Source of the DNA: an uncultured Planctomycetota bacterium
GTDB taxonomy: Bacteria; Planctomycetota; Planctomycetia; Isosphaerales; Isosphaeraceae
Length of the DNA: 64,000 bases
NCBI GenBank assembly: GCA_963845755.1
Contig: CAWJTV010000031.1
Location: 128,001-192,000, forward strand
Reading direction: 5' to 3'
Shown: piece by piece, positions 53,869 through 64,000 of the stretch
Layout of the letters: each line of letters opens with the position of its first letter
Numbering within the stretch: the first letter of the stretch is position 1
The notes under the pieces: generated by a model
What the model saw: only the letters and a program-made list of their open reading frames with translations
What the model was told of the DNA's origin: nothing
Databases searched by the model: none
Made by a program: the position numbers and the translations under genes

Positions 53869-54708
53869 ATGGGCAGATACGACTACGATGATTACGGATG
53901 GAAGCCATATGTCCCCGTGGCTCAACGGCGGGCTCAGGCCGCGCAGGAAATGGCCAGGCGGGTCAAGAAAGGGCAAAAAGTTTGCCCGGTCCGGATTGAG
54001 CGCCGAACCATTACCTCGACGTTCTGGGGCAATGCCTGGTGTACAAACCTGGAGAGTTACAGCGACTTCGCCAATCGTCTGCCACGCGGGCGGACCTACG
54101 TTCGTAACGGGTCGGTCGTACACTTGACGATCGACAAGGGGCGGATCGAAGCCGTCGTGAGCGGATCGGAGCTGTACGAGGTCCGGATCGACATCGCCGC
54201 GCTACCCAAGCCAGCCTGGCAAGCCTTGAAGGTGCAGTCCGCGGGCAAGATCGGCACGCTGGTCGAACTGCTCCAGGGCAAGCTTTCGAAAGCGGTCATG
54301 GAGTTGGTGACGGATCGGGATCGGGGGCTTTTTCCGAAGCCGAAAGAGATCACGATGCGTTGCAGTTGCCCGGACTACGCGGGGATGTGCAAGCATGTGG
54401 CCGCGGTGATGTACGGAGTCGGAAATCGTCTCGATTCGTCGCCAGAGCTACTGTTCGTACTCCGGGGCGTGGATCACAAGGAATTGATCGAGCAGGCAAT
54501 CCCCACGACCCCGATCAAGGCCACGAGCAACGCCCCCACGATCGCGACAGACGATCTGGGAGCCATCTTCAATATCGAAATCGGCGACGCTCCGGTCGCG
54601 AAAGCCGACGCCAGGATCCGCGAGAAGCCGGCTTCGAAAAAAGTCGTGAAGAAGGCTTCGGCCGCGAAGAGAAAAGAAGTCCCATCAACTGCCAAGAAGA
54701 AGAAGTAG
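53869..54708 (+). CDS. SWIM zinc-finger protein
   Basis: NRLPRGRTYVR; CSCPDYAGMCKHVAA. Confidence 0.92.
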   Translation: MGRYDYDDYGWKPYVPVAQRRAQAAQEMARRVKKGQKVCPVRIERRTITSTFWGNAWCTNLESYSDFANRLPRGRTYVRNGSVVHLTIDKGRIEAVVSGSELYEVRIDIAALPKPAWQALKVQSAGKIGTLVELLQGKLSKAVMELVTDRDRGLFPKPKEITMRCSCPDYAGMCKHVAAVMYGVGNRLDSSPELLFVLRGVDHKELIEQAIPTTPIKATSNAPTIATDDLGAIFNIEIGDAPVAKADARIREKPASKKVVKKASAAKRKEVPSTAKKKK

Positions 54709-54815
54709 CTTGCCAGCCCGAGCCATTCTCAGCCTGTGTTTGTCTGGCAAGGCACGCCGCGAACAGACGGACCGGAGAGCCCAGGGTGAAGCCGAAGTTC
54801 GCGTGAGTCGCGGAG

Positions 54816-57270
54816 TTACCGCGACGAAGGTCGCTCCGAGGCGAGTCTGATCAGCTTCTCTTGGAGACCCGCGACCTTGAGGCGCGCTTCCGCGTTTCGG
54901 GGGTCGAGACGTAACGCGGTGCTAGCTTCGTACAGTGCCTTCCTCATCGCGTCTTCGATCGTCGCGTAGTCCTCGACTTTCCAGGCGTTTTTCGATTCCT
55001 GCTCCAAGGCCATGCACAGGACCAGGTGAAACGCCGCCTCATCAGGATCTCTTCGTGCTAGCGTCCTGGCGAAAACTGAGAGCCATGCTGCGGTCTGTCG
55101 GGCGTCGTCCAGGTGGCCCGCATAGCGTTGCTCCGCGGCCCAATCGGAGGCAATGCCGGCCATCTGAAAGGCCGCGGCGGGAAGCAAGGAGGGGACCACG
55201 CCGACCGCCACACATCTTGACTCGATGCCCGGATGACCGCATGGGCGTGGGCTTCCGGTTCGAGGCGACCCTTCGATACGCCGGTCGGATTTGAGCCGAA
55301 CAGAAACGGATGGACGTCGCCTGCAATCCATTGCGCTATTTTTCCCTGGAACAGTTGCGGGAGCTGTCCATTGGCCGGGAATCTCCGGATCGCGGCGCGG
55401 AGCTTTGCGCTCGCGTCGTCATCGGGGGCCAGGTCCAATCGGGCCAGCGTCGCAAGGAGGCCGAGCGCGGGGTCGCCACCGTCATGCTCGCTCGACGGCT
55501 CAAGGATACGAATGTGCGCCTCCAGTAGCCTCCGCCGCGGTTCTTCTTGCCTGCTCCGACCGAGCAGCGAGGCGATCGCTCGTCGCGATTCGTCGATCGA
55601 GACGATGACTTCCAGGTGTCGCGGGTCGTAGACAAAGCCTTCCAGTGCCTCCTCAGCGCGATGGAAACAGACCAGCGCCTCGTCGAAGCGTTGCTGAGTG
55701 TGCGCGACTCGACCGAGCTCAATCAACGCTTGCGCATACGCCGCGTTAACATCCGGGTCGATGGCGCCAAGTCTCGACGCTTCTAATAACTCCAGACTGT
55801 CCCTGAGCAACAGGCGTGATTCGGCGAACTTGCCGCGACGCCGGGAATCGATCGCCAATTGACGTTCGAGTTCACAGATCGCGACGAGGTTTGATGCGGC
55901 GAACCCCCGATGCCGACGCAGTTTCGCCGTGAGATCACGTACAGCCAGCGAAGTCCTCTCGAATCGCTCCGACACGAGCATTTGCGGCGCATCCACGGTC
56001 GTCGCCAGCAGGCTGACGAGATCGCGGACCGCACCGGACGTCGCTATGTCGCTCTCGATGACACGAGCGAGGGCATTTTCGGCCCGAACGCGCTCGACCT
56101 CAGAATGGCGCCAGAGTGTGAGCAATCCCACGAGGCTCGACGCCACCGTGAACGCGAGGAGGGCCAGGAGCGACGCGATCGCCGGCCGGCGCCGGCACCA
56201 TCGCCCGGCGTGTTCGAGCTTCGAGACCGGACGCGCCCGGATCGGGTACCCATCGAGCCAGCGCTGGAGGTCGTCCGCAAGCGCGCCGGCCGACGCATAT
56301 CGACGCCGTGGGTCTTTCCGCAGGCAAGTCAGGGCGATCGTTTCGAGGTCGCGTGCCAGATCGGGGACGAGCGTCCTCAACGGGGCCGGTTCACGGGTTC
56401 GCACCAGATCGAGCGTCTCGATCACCGACGCGGCCTGGAACGGAGGACGTCCGGTCAAGAGGCTGTACAGGGTGGCCCCGAGGGCAAAGACGTCGGATCG
56501 CGGACCGATCGCGGCGCGGTCGCCGGCAATCTGTTCCGGAGCCATGAACGACGGGGTACCCCGCACTCCGATCGGACCGGTCGTCGTCGAGCCCGGATCG
56601 TCGCCCGCCCGCGCAATTCCGAAGTCGGCGATCAGCGGCGTGACCTGATCCCACGGTCCGTCGGGCAGGCCGTCAAGCAAGATGTTCGAGGGTTTGATGT
56701 CGAGATGCAACATCCCCGCGCGATGGATCTGGTCGACGGCCCGCGCGACCGTCGCCATCAACCCGATCGCGACCCGAGCCGGCAAAGGGCCGCTGACGCG
56801 CTCCGCCAGGCTGCCCCCAGCGATCAGGTCGAGGACGAGGTAGAGACAGCCGTCTTGTTCGCCCGCGTCGTGGAGCCGGACGACGTTGGGATGGCGGACT
56901 CGCCCGATCGCCTGAGCCTCGCGTAGCCAGCGCCTGCGATCCTCCGCACCGATCCCGGCGCTCGCGCCGACGAGCTTGATGGCGACGTGGCGGGCCAGTT
57001 GCGGTTGCCACGCCCGATAGACGACCCCCATTCCACCTCGCCCAAGCACGCCCTCGATCACGAAACCGGGGATCGTGGGAGGGTGCGCGGCTCCGCCAGT
57101 CGTCCGGCTCCACGTCCCTCTGAGACGGACGCATCAGCGGCAAGCCGTTGGAGAACCTCCTGACAGTTTGCGCACATCTGGACATGAGCTTCCATGGTCG
57201 CGAAACGCGAACCGCTCGCCGAATCGCCTGCGAGCCGGCTGAGCGTCTCGGGTGTGGGACATGAGGACAT
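54816..57270 (-). CDS. Ser/Thr protein kinase with N-terminal HxxxCxxC motif, TM segment and TPR-like C-terminus (frameshifts near 57065 and 55225)
   Basis: LGRGGMGVVY, VAIK, HLDIKPSNIL, DFG, GTPSFMAPEQ, SDVFALG; MSSCPTPETL...HVQMCANC. Confidence 0.88.
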
Positions 57271-57303
57271 GGGGGAAACCTCGTGGGCGATCTGAACGCT
57301 CGA

Positions 57304-57948
57304 TCAATCCCCGACCAGTCCGCCTTCTGGGTCATGCACCCACCGTTCGGCCAGGAGCCGTTGCCCCTCGTCTCTGAGCATCTGCCGCACCCGTTTCTGT
57401 GCCGCGAACGCGGCATAGTAAGAGATGCCCGCGGCCTCCGAAACCTCGCGCACAGATTGCCCGAGGACGGCGACGTTCCAGAAAACCTGCCACGTCCGTT
57501 CGTCGACCCGTCGCCGAACGGCGTCTTGGACCTGATTGGCCAGGTGGAGCAGGAGCGGGCGTTCCTCGGCAGCGTCTTCTTCGGCCTCGATCTCAGCAGG
57601 AGCTTCCGGCAACAACGACTCGACGGGCCGGTCGTCCAACGAAAGCACTGCGTCGGCAGTCATCTTCCGCAGCAGATCAATCGCCCGCGATTGGCACAAT
57701 CGGCGGAGCCACCCGCGAAACGTCTTACCGGGGTCGTAGCGGAAGGTGCGCATCCGTCGCGCCAGGTCGATCCAGACCCGCTGGGAAAGCTCATCGGCGT
57801 TCTCGGCGCTGAGCCGATATCGGCGGCAGGAGAGCCGGATCACCGGGTCATAACGTGTGACGAAATCGACCCACGCTTCGTGATCGCGCCAGTCGCCGAG
57901 GCGGTCCAGAAGCGTCGGATTTGTCGTGCCCGCATCGTAGCGGATCAT
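57304..57948 (-). CDS. ECF sigma factor of the kinase-associated type
   Basis: TNPTLLDRL..DHEAWVDFVTRY..FRYDPGKTFRGWL..TWQVFW; directly upstream of the kinase. Confidence 0.87.
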   Translation of the reverse strand: MIRYDAGTTNPTLLDRLGDWRDHEAWVDFVTRYDPVIRLSCRRYRLSAENADELSQRVWIDLARRMRTFRYDPGKTFRGWLRRLCQSRAIDLLRKMTADAVLSLDDRPVESLLPEAPAEIEAEEDAAEERPLLLHLANQVQDAVRRRVDERTWQVFWNVAVLGQSVREVSEAAGISYYAAFAAQKRVRQMLRDEGQRLLAERWVHDPEGGLVGD

Positions 57949-58442
57949 CGGCGTGACCTCGGGTCTGGGGCGGCGATCCGGACAGGGCCGCCACGAGCCG
58001 CGTTAATACCCTTCGTATTCCTTGATGGGGAGGCTTAAGTTACTGACGTTGCGGATCGGCTTTTCTTGCATGTGGGCATCGTCGCCCGCCGGATTTCTAC
58101 CCGGAAGTGAATTCCTCCATGCAGGCGCAGTCGTACTCGTGACTTTACCAGGCTTGCGGGCACTCCAGCAAGATCCGGGCCCAGGAACATCGAGAGTGTC
58201 TCCCGGTGGCCTCATCGATGAGGATGAAAAACCGAGCCGCGTGCCCGTTACTGTTGCCCATTCCATGATTGGATTCGTCCCCATTCCCATGCCGGGATGA
58301 CCTTTCTGCACTGTTGAACCGCGACGGAGTAATCGACTTACATCAGGAAAGTCTCCTTGTTCAAGACACCCCGAGTCCTCGGCCTGGCAATGACTCTTGT
58401 CATGTTGCGGGCGCATTAGAGTCCCCCTGGAGAGCATCCGCC

Positions 58443-60540
58443 ATGCCTACAACAGACCGTGATCGAGCGACCGATGGATTGTCGAACTCCGATCCCCGCT
58501 CGGACGAACCGTCCGTCGCCCGCTCGGAGCCTGCTCCGATTGCCGTCCTGCCTCGCGCGTCTGTCGCCTCGGGGGCGGACAAGACTCCCTCGCGGCGCGG
58601 CCGGCGAACGCGGCGGCCGGAGAGGCTCCCGTCTCGCGTCCGATTCCGGCCCCAGGTCGGCCTCCTCGAACAGCGTGCCCTGCTGAGCGGATTCGCAGGT
58701 CAACATCAACCCCTACCTCAATTCCAACCTTAGAAATACGCGATGGGTCGTTTTACCCGATCGGAGGGACGAGCCTGACGGTTGGGGGAGTCGCGTTCAC
58801 TCTGGCGAACTATCCCGGTGGCGGGAAGGGGATCATCCAGACTCGCCTACCAATCGAACCCAAGCTCCTTCGACATGCCGGTCAACATTGTTAACCCGAC
58901 CACCGTCTACACCCTGATCAGACTCAATATGGGGCGTTTACGGGGATACGGTCGGCGCGGTCGAATTCAAGGCAACCGGTGGGCTAGACGACACGGTGAA
59001 TCTGGTGGAGGGGCAGGATATTCGCGATCATAACAACGACGATAAGCTCTCAATAATACGATCGGGCAGGGGGCCCTGGGAGGGATCTATGTCGGAACGG
59101 CGTCTTTCGGTGGAGGTCAGGTCCGCTTCGACGAACAAGGATTCACGCTGCCGTCAAGTTTCCAATCGTTGACCCTGACCGACATCATCTTGCATGGCTA
59201 TGGCAATTATCCCATCGGTAACCCGTTCCTCGCGGCAGCGACCGTGACCAGCAACCTGATCATCAACGGCGGGTTTGAACAACCGACTCCGCTGCCGAAC
59301 GACTGGGGAGAGGAGTTTGATGCGGGAAGTACCCTCATTCCCGGCTGGTCCGTCGTTTCGGGTTCCGTGGACATCCAATCGGCGAGTTGGTTCGATCCCG
59401 ATCAGGCTGCACAATCACTCGACCTGGATGGATCTCACCCGGGTTCGATCGAACAGTCGTTCGCGACGACGATCGGAACAAGCTATCAACTCTCATTTGC
59501 ATATGGTAACAACCCGGACCAACGCGGGACGTTTGATGGGCCGCAAACAGCCGATGTGACGGTGACCGATTCCGGTGGGTTGATTTTGCTGAGCTCGACG
59601 ATCACGCACACAGGCTCGACGCCGACTGTTATGAATTATCGAATATTCACGGAGACTTTCGTCGCGGACACGACGAGAACAACTCTGAAATTCACGTCCA
59701 CCGATCCATTTTCCAGCAACAACGGAATCGCACTTGACGCCGTCTCAGTCAGCCCCACGTCGACTCCGACACCGACGCCCTCACCCACGCACGCCGACGC
59801 CGACGCCGACTCCAACGCCTACACCGATTCCGATACCCATCCCCGTGAGTCCGATTGGTGGACCGGTTGCGACGCGAACCTTCCTGACAGCAAAGCCCAG
59901 GCCGGCGAACCTCGGGCGACCGGTCACGCTGACCGCCACTGTCAAGGATCTCAGACACCGTGGTCCGACTCCGATCGGTTACGTCACGTTCCTGGACGGG
60001 ACGCTCAACCTGGGTACAGTCGCTCTTCGCCACGGCAAGGCGAGCCTCAGGACCTCGAACCTGCATCTCGGCCCGAATCCAATCCAGGCCGATTACACGC
60101 CGAGCCATGGCTTCGCTCCCAGCGCCGCGGCCATCATCGAGAACGTCAGGGCGCATCGATCAAGGAGCAAGACCACGCCAGATGCGGAGACCGGCAGACG
60201 CCCGGTACCCTCGACGTACATGGCGGTTCGCTTCGGCGGAGTCGCCGCGATTCCCGTCGGCGCCGTCTCGATCGTAGGCGGACCCACCGTGCTCGGATTG
60301 ATTGGGCCCGACCAGGGCAGGGCGGCACGGAGCGACGGCATCGCCGCGGCAACTCGTCAAATCCGTACGGAGACCTCGGGAAGCGACAATGGTGGCCTCG
60401 ACAGGGCGTTCCGGCGCAAGCCGGCTGTAAACCAATCGATCCCGGCGGCCTTGAACGTCGCGGGGATGCGGCCGACACCCGATGTCGTTCAAGGGCGGAA
60501 ACCGACACGTAATTTGGGGGCGGAAACCGGGACGCAATGA
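58443..60540 (+). CDS. Planctomycete extracellular protein with DUF642/choice-of-anchor-C-like domain, TP linker and Ig-like domain (frameshifted)
   Basis: RFRPQVGLLEQRALLS; NLIINGGFE..IPGWSVVSGSVDI..SLDLDG..SIEQSFATT; TPTPTP linker; VTLTATV..GYVTFLDG. Confidence 0.7.
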
Positions 60541-60625
60541 GCTCGCCCAGGAGCCAGATCCGCCGATTACTCTGAATTCCAGATTGGCGTGTACGTTCTT
60601 GGCTTCCGTGGATGACGATGCAATC

Positions 60626-61489
60626 TCACTTCTTCACCATGTCATCAGCAAACTCAAACAACGCCCTCGTCGAGGCGTCATCGGGCAGGCCGAGGTTGTC
60701 GTTTATCTTGGAGTGTTCCGTATCCTTGGCTCCGAAGAGTTTCGCGGCGATGCCGGCTTCGTTGAGCACGGAACCGAGACGCTTGGCTTGCGCGCTGGTG
60801 TCGGGATGATCGGCGACGTAAAGGAGCAGAAAGGGCGAAATGCCTTTATCGCGAGCGACGTGGTTGACGGCCGAAAAATCCCGGTGCTTCACCGGATCGC
60901 TGCCGAACTTCTCGTAATGGCCGAATTTCGGATCGGGCTGGCCGAGGGCCTTGCGACGAGCGGCGCCCGTTTCGATCATGAGCGGCACGTCGTAGGTGTC
61001 GCCGTCGACGGGCACGCAGCCTTTGATGATTGCCAGCGACAGCCCCTCGGCCTTCAGGTAGCGGTCGTCGGTGCATATCAACGCCGCGAGCTGGGCACCC
61101 GCGGAATGGCCCATGATGAGCAGGCGTCTTGGATCGCCACCATACTCGGCGATGTGGTCGTGAACCCAGTGAATGGACTTTGCAATGTCGCGGACTATGG
61201 TTCCCATATCGACGTTCGGCAGGAACCGATAGTTCGTTGAGACAAAAACGAAACCCTTGTCCGTAAAGGCCTTCGGCTTGGCTTGCACGCTCGTCTTGTC
61301 CCCCGCTTGCCAGCCGCCGCCGTGGATCCAAAAGATCACGGGCCGGTCCTTCCCGTTTTCAGGCGCGTAGACATCGAGCATCTGACGTTCGTTCGCGGGC
61401 GCGGCGTACGGGATGTTGCGCCTGACGTTCTCCGCATGGGCCTCGGCCACAAAAGATAGAATAATAATAATGTACGTAAATTTTTTCAT
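60626..61489 (-). CDS. Secreted alpha/beta hydrolase (esterase)
   Basis: Signal peptide MKKFTY..AEAHA; HGGGW, GHSAG. Confidence 0.88.
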   Translation of the reverse strand: MKKFTYIIIILSFVAEAHAENVRRNIPYAAPANERQMLDVYAPENGKDRPVIFWIHGGGWQAGDKTSVQAKPKAFTDKGFVFVSTNYRFLPNVDMGTIVRDIAKSIHWVHDHIAEYGGDPRRLLIMGHSAGAQLAALICTDDRYLKAEGLSLAIIKGCVPVDGDTYDVPLMIETGAARRKALGQPDPKFGHYEKFGSDPVKHRDFSAVNHVARDKGISPFLLLYVADHPDTSAQAKRLGSVLNEAGIAAKLFGAKDTEHSKINDNLGLPDDASTRALFEFADDMVKK

Positions 61490-61581
61490 GTTTGGATTCA
61501 CTTCCCGCCATTGTAAAGTCGTAACCGACGATTCCCGGTTGACCGCCGAGACCGAGCGGTTTGGTCAAATGTACTCTATGC

Positions 61582-62901
61582 TCAGCAAACAGGGGGACGA
61601 TCGCTGTCGTCTTCCGGACCGAGATAGTCTCGATCCCGCAACCGTTCGGGAAGGCAGGTCATCTCCTCTCGAGCGTTGGGATCATCGTGGACGTAACGAT
61701 ACCCTCGACCATAGCCGATGCCCTTCATGAGCGGTGTGACGGCGTTGCGCAGGTGGAGCGGCACCGGCTCGCGCGCCGAGTCCGCGGCATCGGCGGCCGC
61801 GGCCTGATAGGCGGCTTTCACCAGGTTCGACTTCGGGGCCTTGGCCAGATAGATCGTGGCCTGCGCCAGCGGGAACAGGGCCTCCGGCAGTCCGATGAGG
61901 TGCGTGATCTGGGCCGCGGCCGACGCCTGGACGATCGCCTGCGGATCGGCGAGCCCCACGTCCTCGGAGGCCAGGATGCAAAGACGGCGCGCGATGAACA
62001 TCGGGTCCGCCCCGCCTTCGATCATCCGGGCCAGCCAGTACAGCGCGGCATTCGCGTCGGAATTCCGGAGCGACTTGATGAATGCCGAGATCAGGTTGTA
62101 AAACTCCTCGCCTTGCCTGTCGTAGGCAAATCGGGCCCGGCCCAGCGATTCGACCACGAGCGGCCAGGTGACGTGCCGCGCGCCGTCAGGATCCGTCTCC
62201 GCCGCCAGAACGGCCGATTCGAGTGCGGAGAGTGCCACACGCGCGTCCCCTTCTGCAACCCGGGACAGTCGATCGATGACCTCCTCAGCCACGCGCGGAT
62301 TCTGTCCGGCGAGCCCCCGCTGCGTGTCGGCGAGCGCCCGGCGGAGGATCGTCCCAATATCCTCCTCGGCCAAGGGATTCAGAGTGAGGACCCGGCAGCG
62401 CGAAAGCAGCGCGGCATTAACTTCAAACGATGGGTTCTCCGTGGTCGCTCCGATCAGGGTGACGGTCCCATCCTCCACGGCCGGCAGCAGCGCATCTTGC
62501 TGGGCCTTGTTGAACCGATGGATCTCATCGATGAACAAGACGGTGCCCTCGCCGCGACGTCGCGACGCCCGAGCTTCCGCGATGGTCTCACGCACCTCCT
62601 TCACGCCAGATCCGACGGCCGACACGGCGTGGAATCGGGCCTCGGCAAGCCTTGCGAGCAACCGGGCCAGCGTCGTCTTGCCGGTGCCCGGCCCTCCCCA
62701 AAGAATCAAAGAGGGCAGGGGACCGCCCGCCTCGATCAGCCGGCGCACCAGGCGACCCTCACCCACCAGATGCCCCTGGCCGACAAACTCCTCCAGGCTT
62801 CGGGGACGCATCCGTTCCGCCAGCGGCGCGTCGGCGGCGACGGGCTCTTCCCGGTCTTCGTCGGAGCCGCCGAAGAGGCTGCCGGTCTGGTATCTGGGCA
62901 T
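61582..62901 (-). CDS. rarA: Replication-associated recombination protein A
   Basis: PLAERMRP, GGPGTGKTT, FIDEIHRFNKAQQD, GATTENPSF, ASEDVGLADP, VPLHLRNA. Confidence 0.95.
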   Translation of the reverse strand: MPRYQTGSLFGGSDEDREEPVAADAPLAERMRPRSLEEFVGQGHLVGEGRLVRRLIEAGGPLPSLILWGGPGTGKTTLARLLARLAEARFHAVSAVGSGVKEVRETIAEARASRRRGEGTVLFIDEIHRFNKAQQDALLPAVEDGTVTLIGATTENPSFEVNAALLSRCRVLTLNPLAEEDIGTILRRALADTQRGLAGQNPRVAEEVIDRLSRVAEGDARVALSALESAVLAAETDPDGARHVTWPLVVESLGRARFAYDRQGEEFYNLISAFIKSLRNSDANAALYWLARMIEGGADPMFIARRLCILASEDVGLADPQAIVQASAAAQITHLIGLPEALFPLAQATIYLAKAPKSNLVKAAYQAAAADAADSAREPVPLHLRNAVTPLMKGIGYGRGYRYVHDDPNAREEMTCLPERLRDRDYLGPEDDSDRPPVC

Positions 62902-63113
62902 GAAGCCGACCTCGCAGGTCTTGACCCGATTCGCCAGGTATCAGTGACTGAACGTACAGATTCTATCGTGTTCCGTCACGCGAGGGGAAGGTGGAATGTG
63001 ACATCGAAAAAGAGCTCGCACGTCGACGAATTGATCTGCGGGACTTGTGTACCACATCATGGCCCAACGGTCGAACCGCTTCTAATGCGGCCGGAGAGAC
63101 AGGTCCTCTCCGA

Positions 63114-64000
63114 TCATGGCTTTGCGATTCGGGCCTGGAGAATCGTCGCCCACAACCATTCCGTCCTCGCACCAGGACCCACGATCGGCGCCGTGGCCAT
63201 TCGGGATGTTCGTGGCTCGCGCGTGGCCTTGCCGACGATGCGAAGCGGGCCAGAGGTCCCGCCCTTATCGGCTGTGAGTTCGAGCGTGACAGACCGCGCC
63301 GAAGCATCGCCGGGCTTCGACGATGGCGGCTCCGCCGTGATTCCGGGCGGTAGATCTTCGGCGACGATCTCGATCGGTTCCAGCAGTCGCCGTCCTTGCG
63401 CTGGATCGCCACGGTGATCTTGGTCGGCTTCCCCGGCGTCAGGTCGAACCGATCGGCCGCCAGGGTGAGGGCGAAATCCGGATGCGGCTCGAGCACGCTC
63501 AAGAGATAGGCGAATCGAGGACCGCCCTCGGCCGTTGAGGTCGCGCACCACGAGCCGGTATTCGCCATCGGCGGGTGCGGTGAACGACCGCTCGAGATCG
63601 CGGCTGTTCCGGCCGGTGTCGTCCAGACTCGGCCAGGACCTTGCCGCTGGAGTCGAGCACGCGGAGGATCGGATCGAGCGGCCTGCCCAGGGCGCGGGAC
63701 TCGACGCGGAACACGCGCTTGTCGTCCTTTCGCAGCGAGAGGCGGAAGACGTCCTGGTCGCCCGGCGGGTCGATCCGGCCGCTGAGTGCGACCGGGCCCG
63801 TGATCGCTTGGGGCCGCGCCAGGTCATTGGGCTCGGTCTCGACCGTCGCGGCGAAAGGAACCCGGCGAACCTCGGCCGTGCCGGCCAGCGAGGGATGGAA
63901 GACGGTCGAATGCGTCGCGGGCGTCGCAGTCCGGAGATCGGCCATCGTCGTGCGTCGGCGGGGATGTTCCAGCCGATCGCCTCGACGGTTCCGGGGCCGT
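63114..64000 (-). CDS. PPC-domain (pre-peptidase C-terminal) planctomycete protein, 3' part, frameshifted, runs off the window
   Basis: ETEPND..SGRIDPPGDQDVF..LDPILRVLD; FTAPADGEYRLVVRDL; PDFALTL. Confidence 0.72.
   Translation of the reverse strand, partial: GPGTVEAIGWNIPADARRWPISGLRRPRRIRPSSIPRWPARPRFAGFLSPRRSRPSPMTWRGPKRSRARSHSAAGSTRRATRTSSASRCERTTSACSASSPAPWAGRSIRSSACSTPAARSWPSLDDTGRNSRDLERSFTAPADGEYRLVVRDLNGRGRSSIRLSLERARAASGFRPHPGGRSVRPDAGEADQDHRGDPAQGRRLLEPIEIVAEDLPPGITAEPPSSKPGDASARSVTLELTADKGGTSGPLRIVGKATREPRTSRMATAPIVGPGARTEWLWATILQARIAKP

Noticed and set aside
59755..59850. Short tandem repeat as a contingency locus
   Set aside because: Encodes an ordinary Thr-Pro linker with varied codons
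61561..63417. Long 618-aa plus-strand ORF and similar long ORFs (32228..33649, 26847..28217, 4933..6030, 3365..4411)
   Set aside because: Antisense shadows of well-supported genes, expected in GC-rich DNA
6577..64000. Frameshifts in ndh, ECF, zwf, enolase, SNF2, kinase and surface proteins as pseudogenes or programmed frameshifting
   Set aside because: Those I inspected are 1-2 bp indels in short runs or GC dinucleotide tracts (e.g. GGCGCG for GGCCGCG in zwf) with conserved sequence on both sides; most simply long-read consensus errors, though reads are needed to confirm

Overview
GC-rich DNA that reads as a planctomycete, probably Isosphaeraceae/Singulisphaera-like. This is inferred from two proteins with the planctomycete extracellular N-terminal motif (LExRxLLS), an ECF sigma factor with a long C-terminal extension, an ECF/Ser-Thr kinase pair and a sulfatase. 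Many genes carry 1-2 bp frameshifts, including ndh, zwf and the SNF2 helicase; these look like long-read consensus errors, so most split ORFs are called here as single genes. Layout: (1) 1-15.8 kb backbone with a sulfatase, ABC exporter, LigD phosphoesterase domain, ndh, extended ECF, zwf, smpB, an enolase-family enzyme and tmRNA. (2) A ~13.3 kb integrase-less island in the tmRNA 3' end, bounded by a 32-bp direct repeat. It carries an AcrVA2/FinQ-like remnant, an HNH-like gene, a PD-(D/E)XK protein, a LarA-like pseudogene, a transposase relic and a giant repeat-rich surface protein. (3) A YciI/ECF42 pair. (4) A tandemly duplicated RND efflux locus with odd parts: a LysM-fused OMF, a double adaptor lacking its hairpins, adaptors with RND-like N-termini and paralogous small leader proteins. 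(5) The best novelty candidate, a four-gene operon at 47.0-49.4 kb: a split PatA/PatG-like S8 protease, a small CxxC protein, a stand-alone PatG C-terminal domain and a 14-Cys peptide with a leader. (6) HTH-pRiA4b/SNF2/SWIM, ECF-STK, a surface protein, an esterase, rarA and a partial PPC-domain gene. All family calls come from motif recognition, not database searches.
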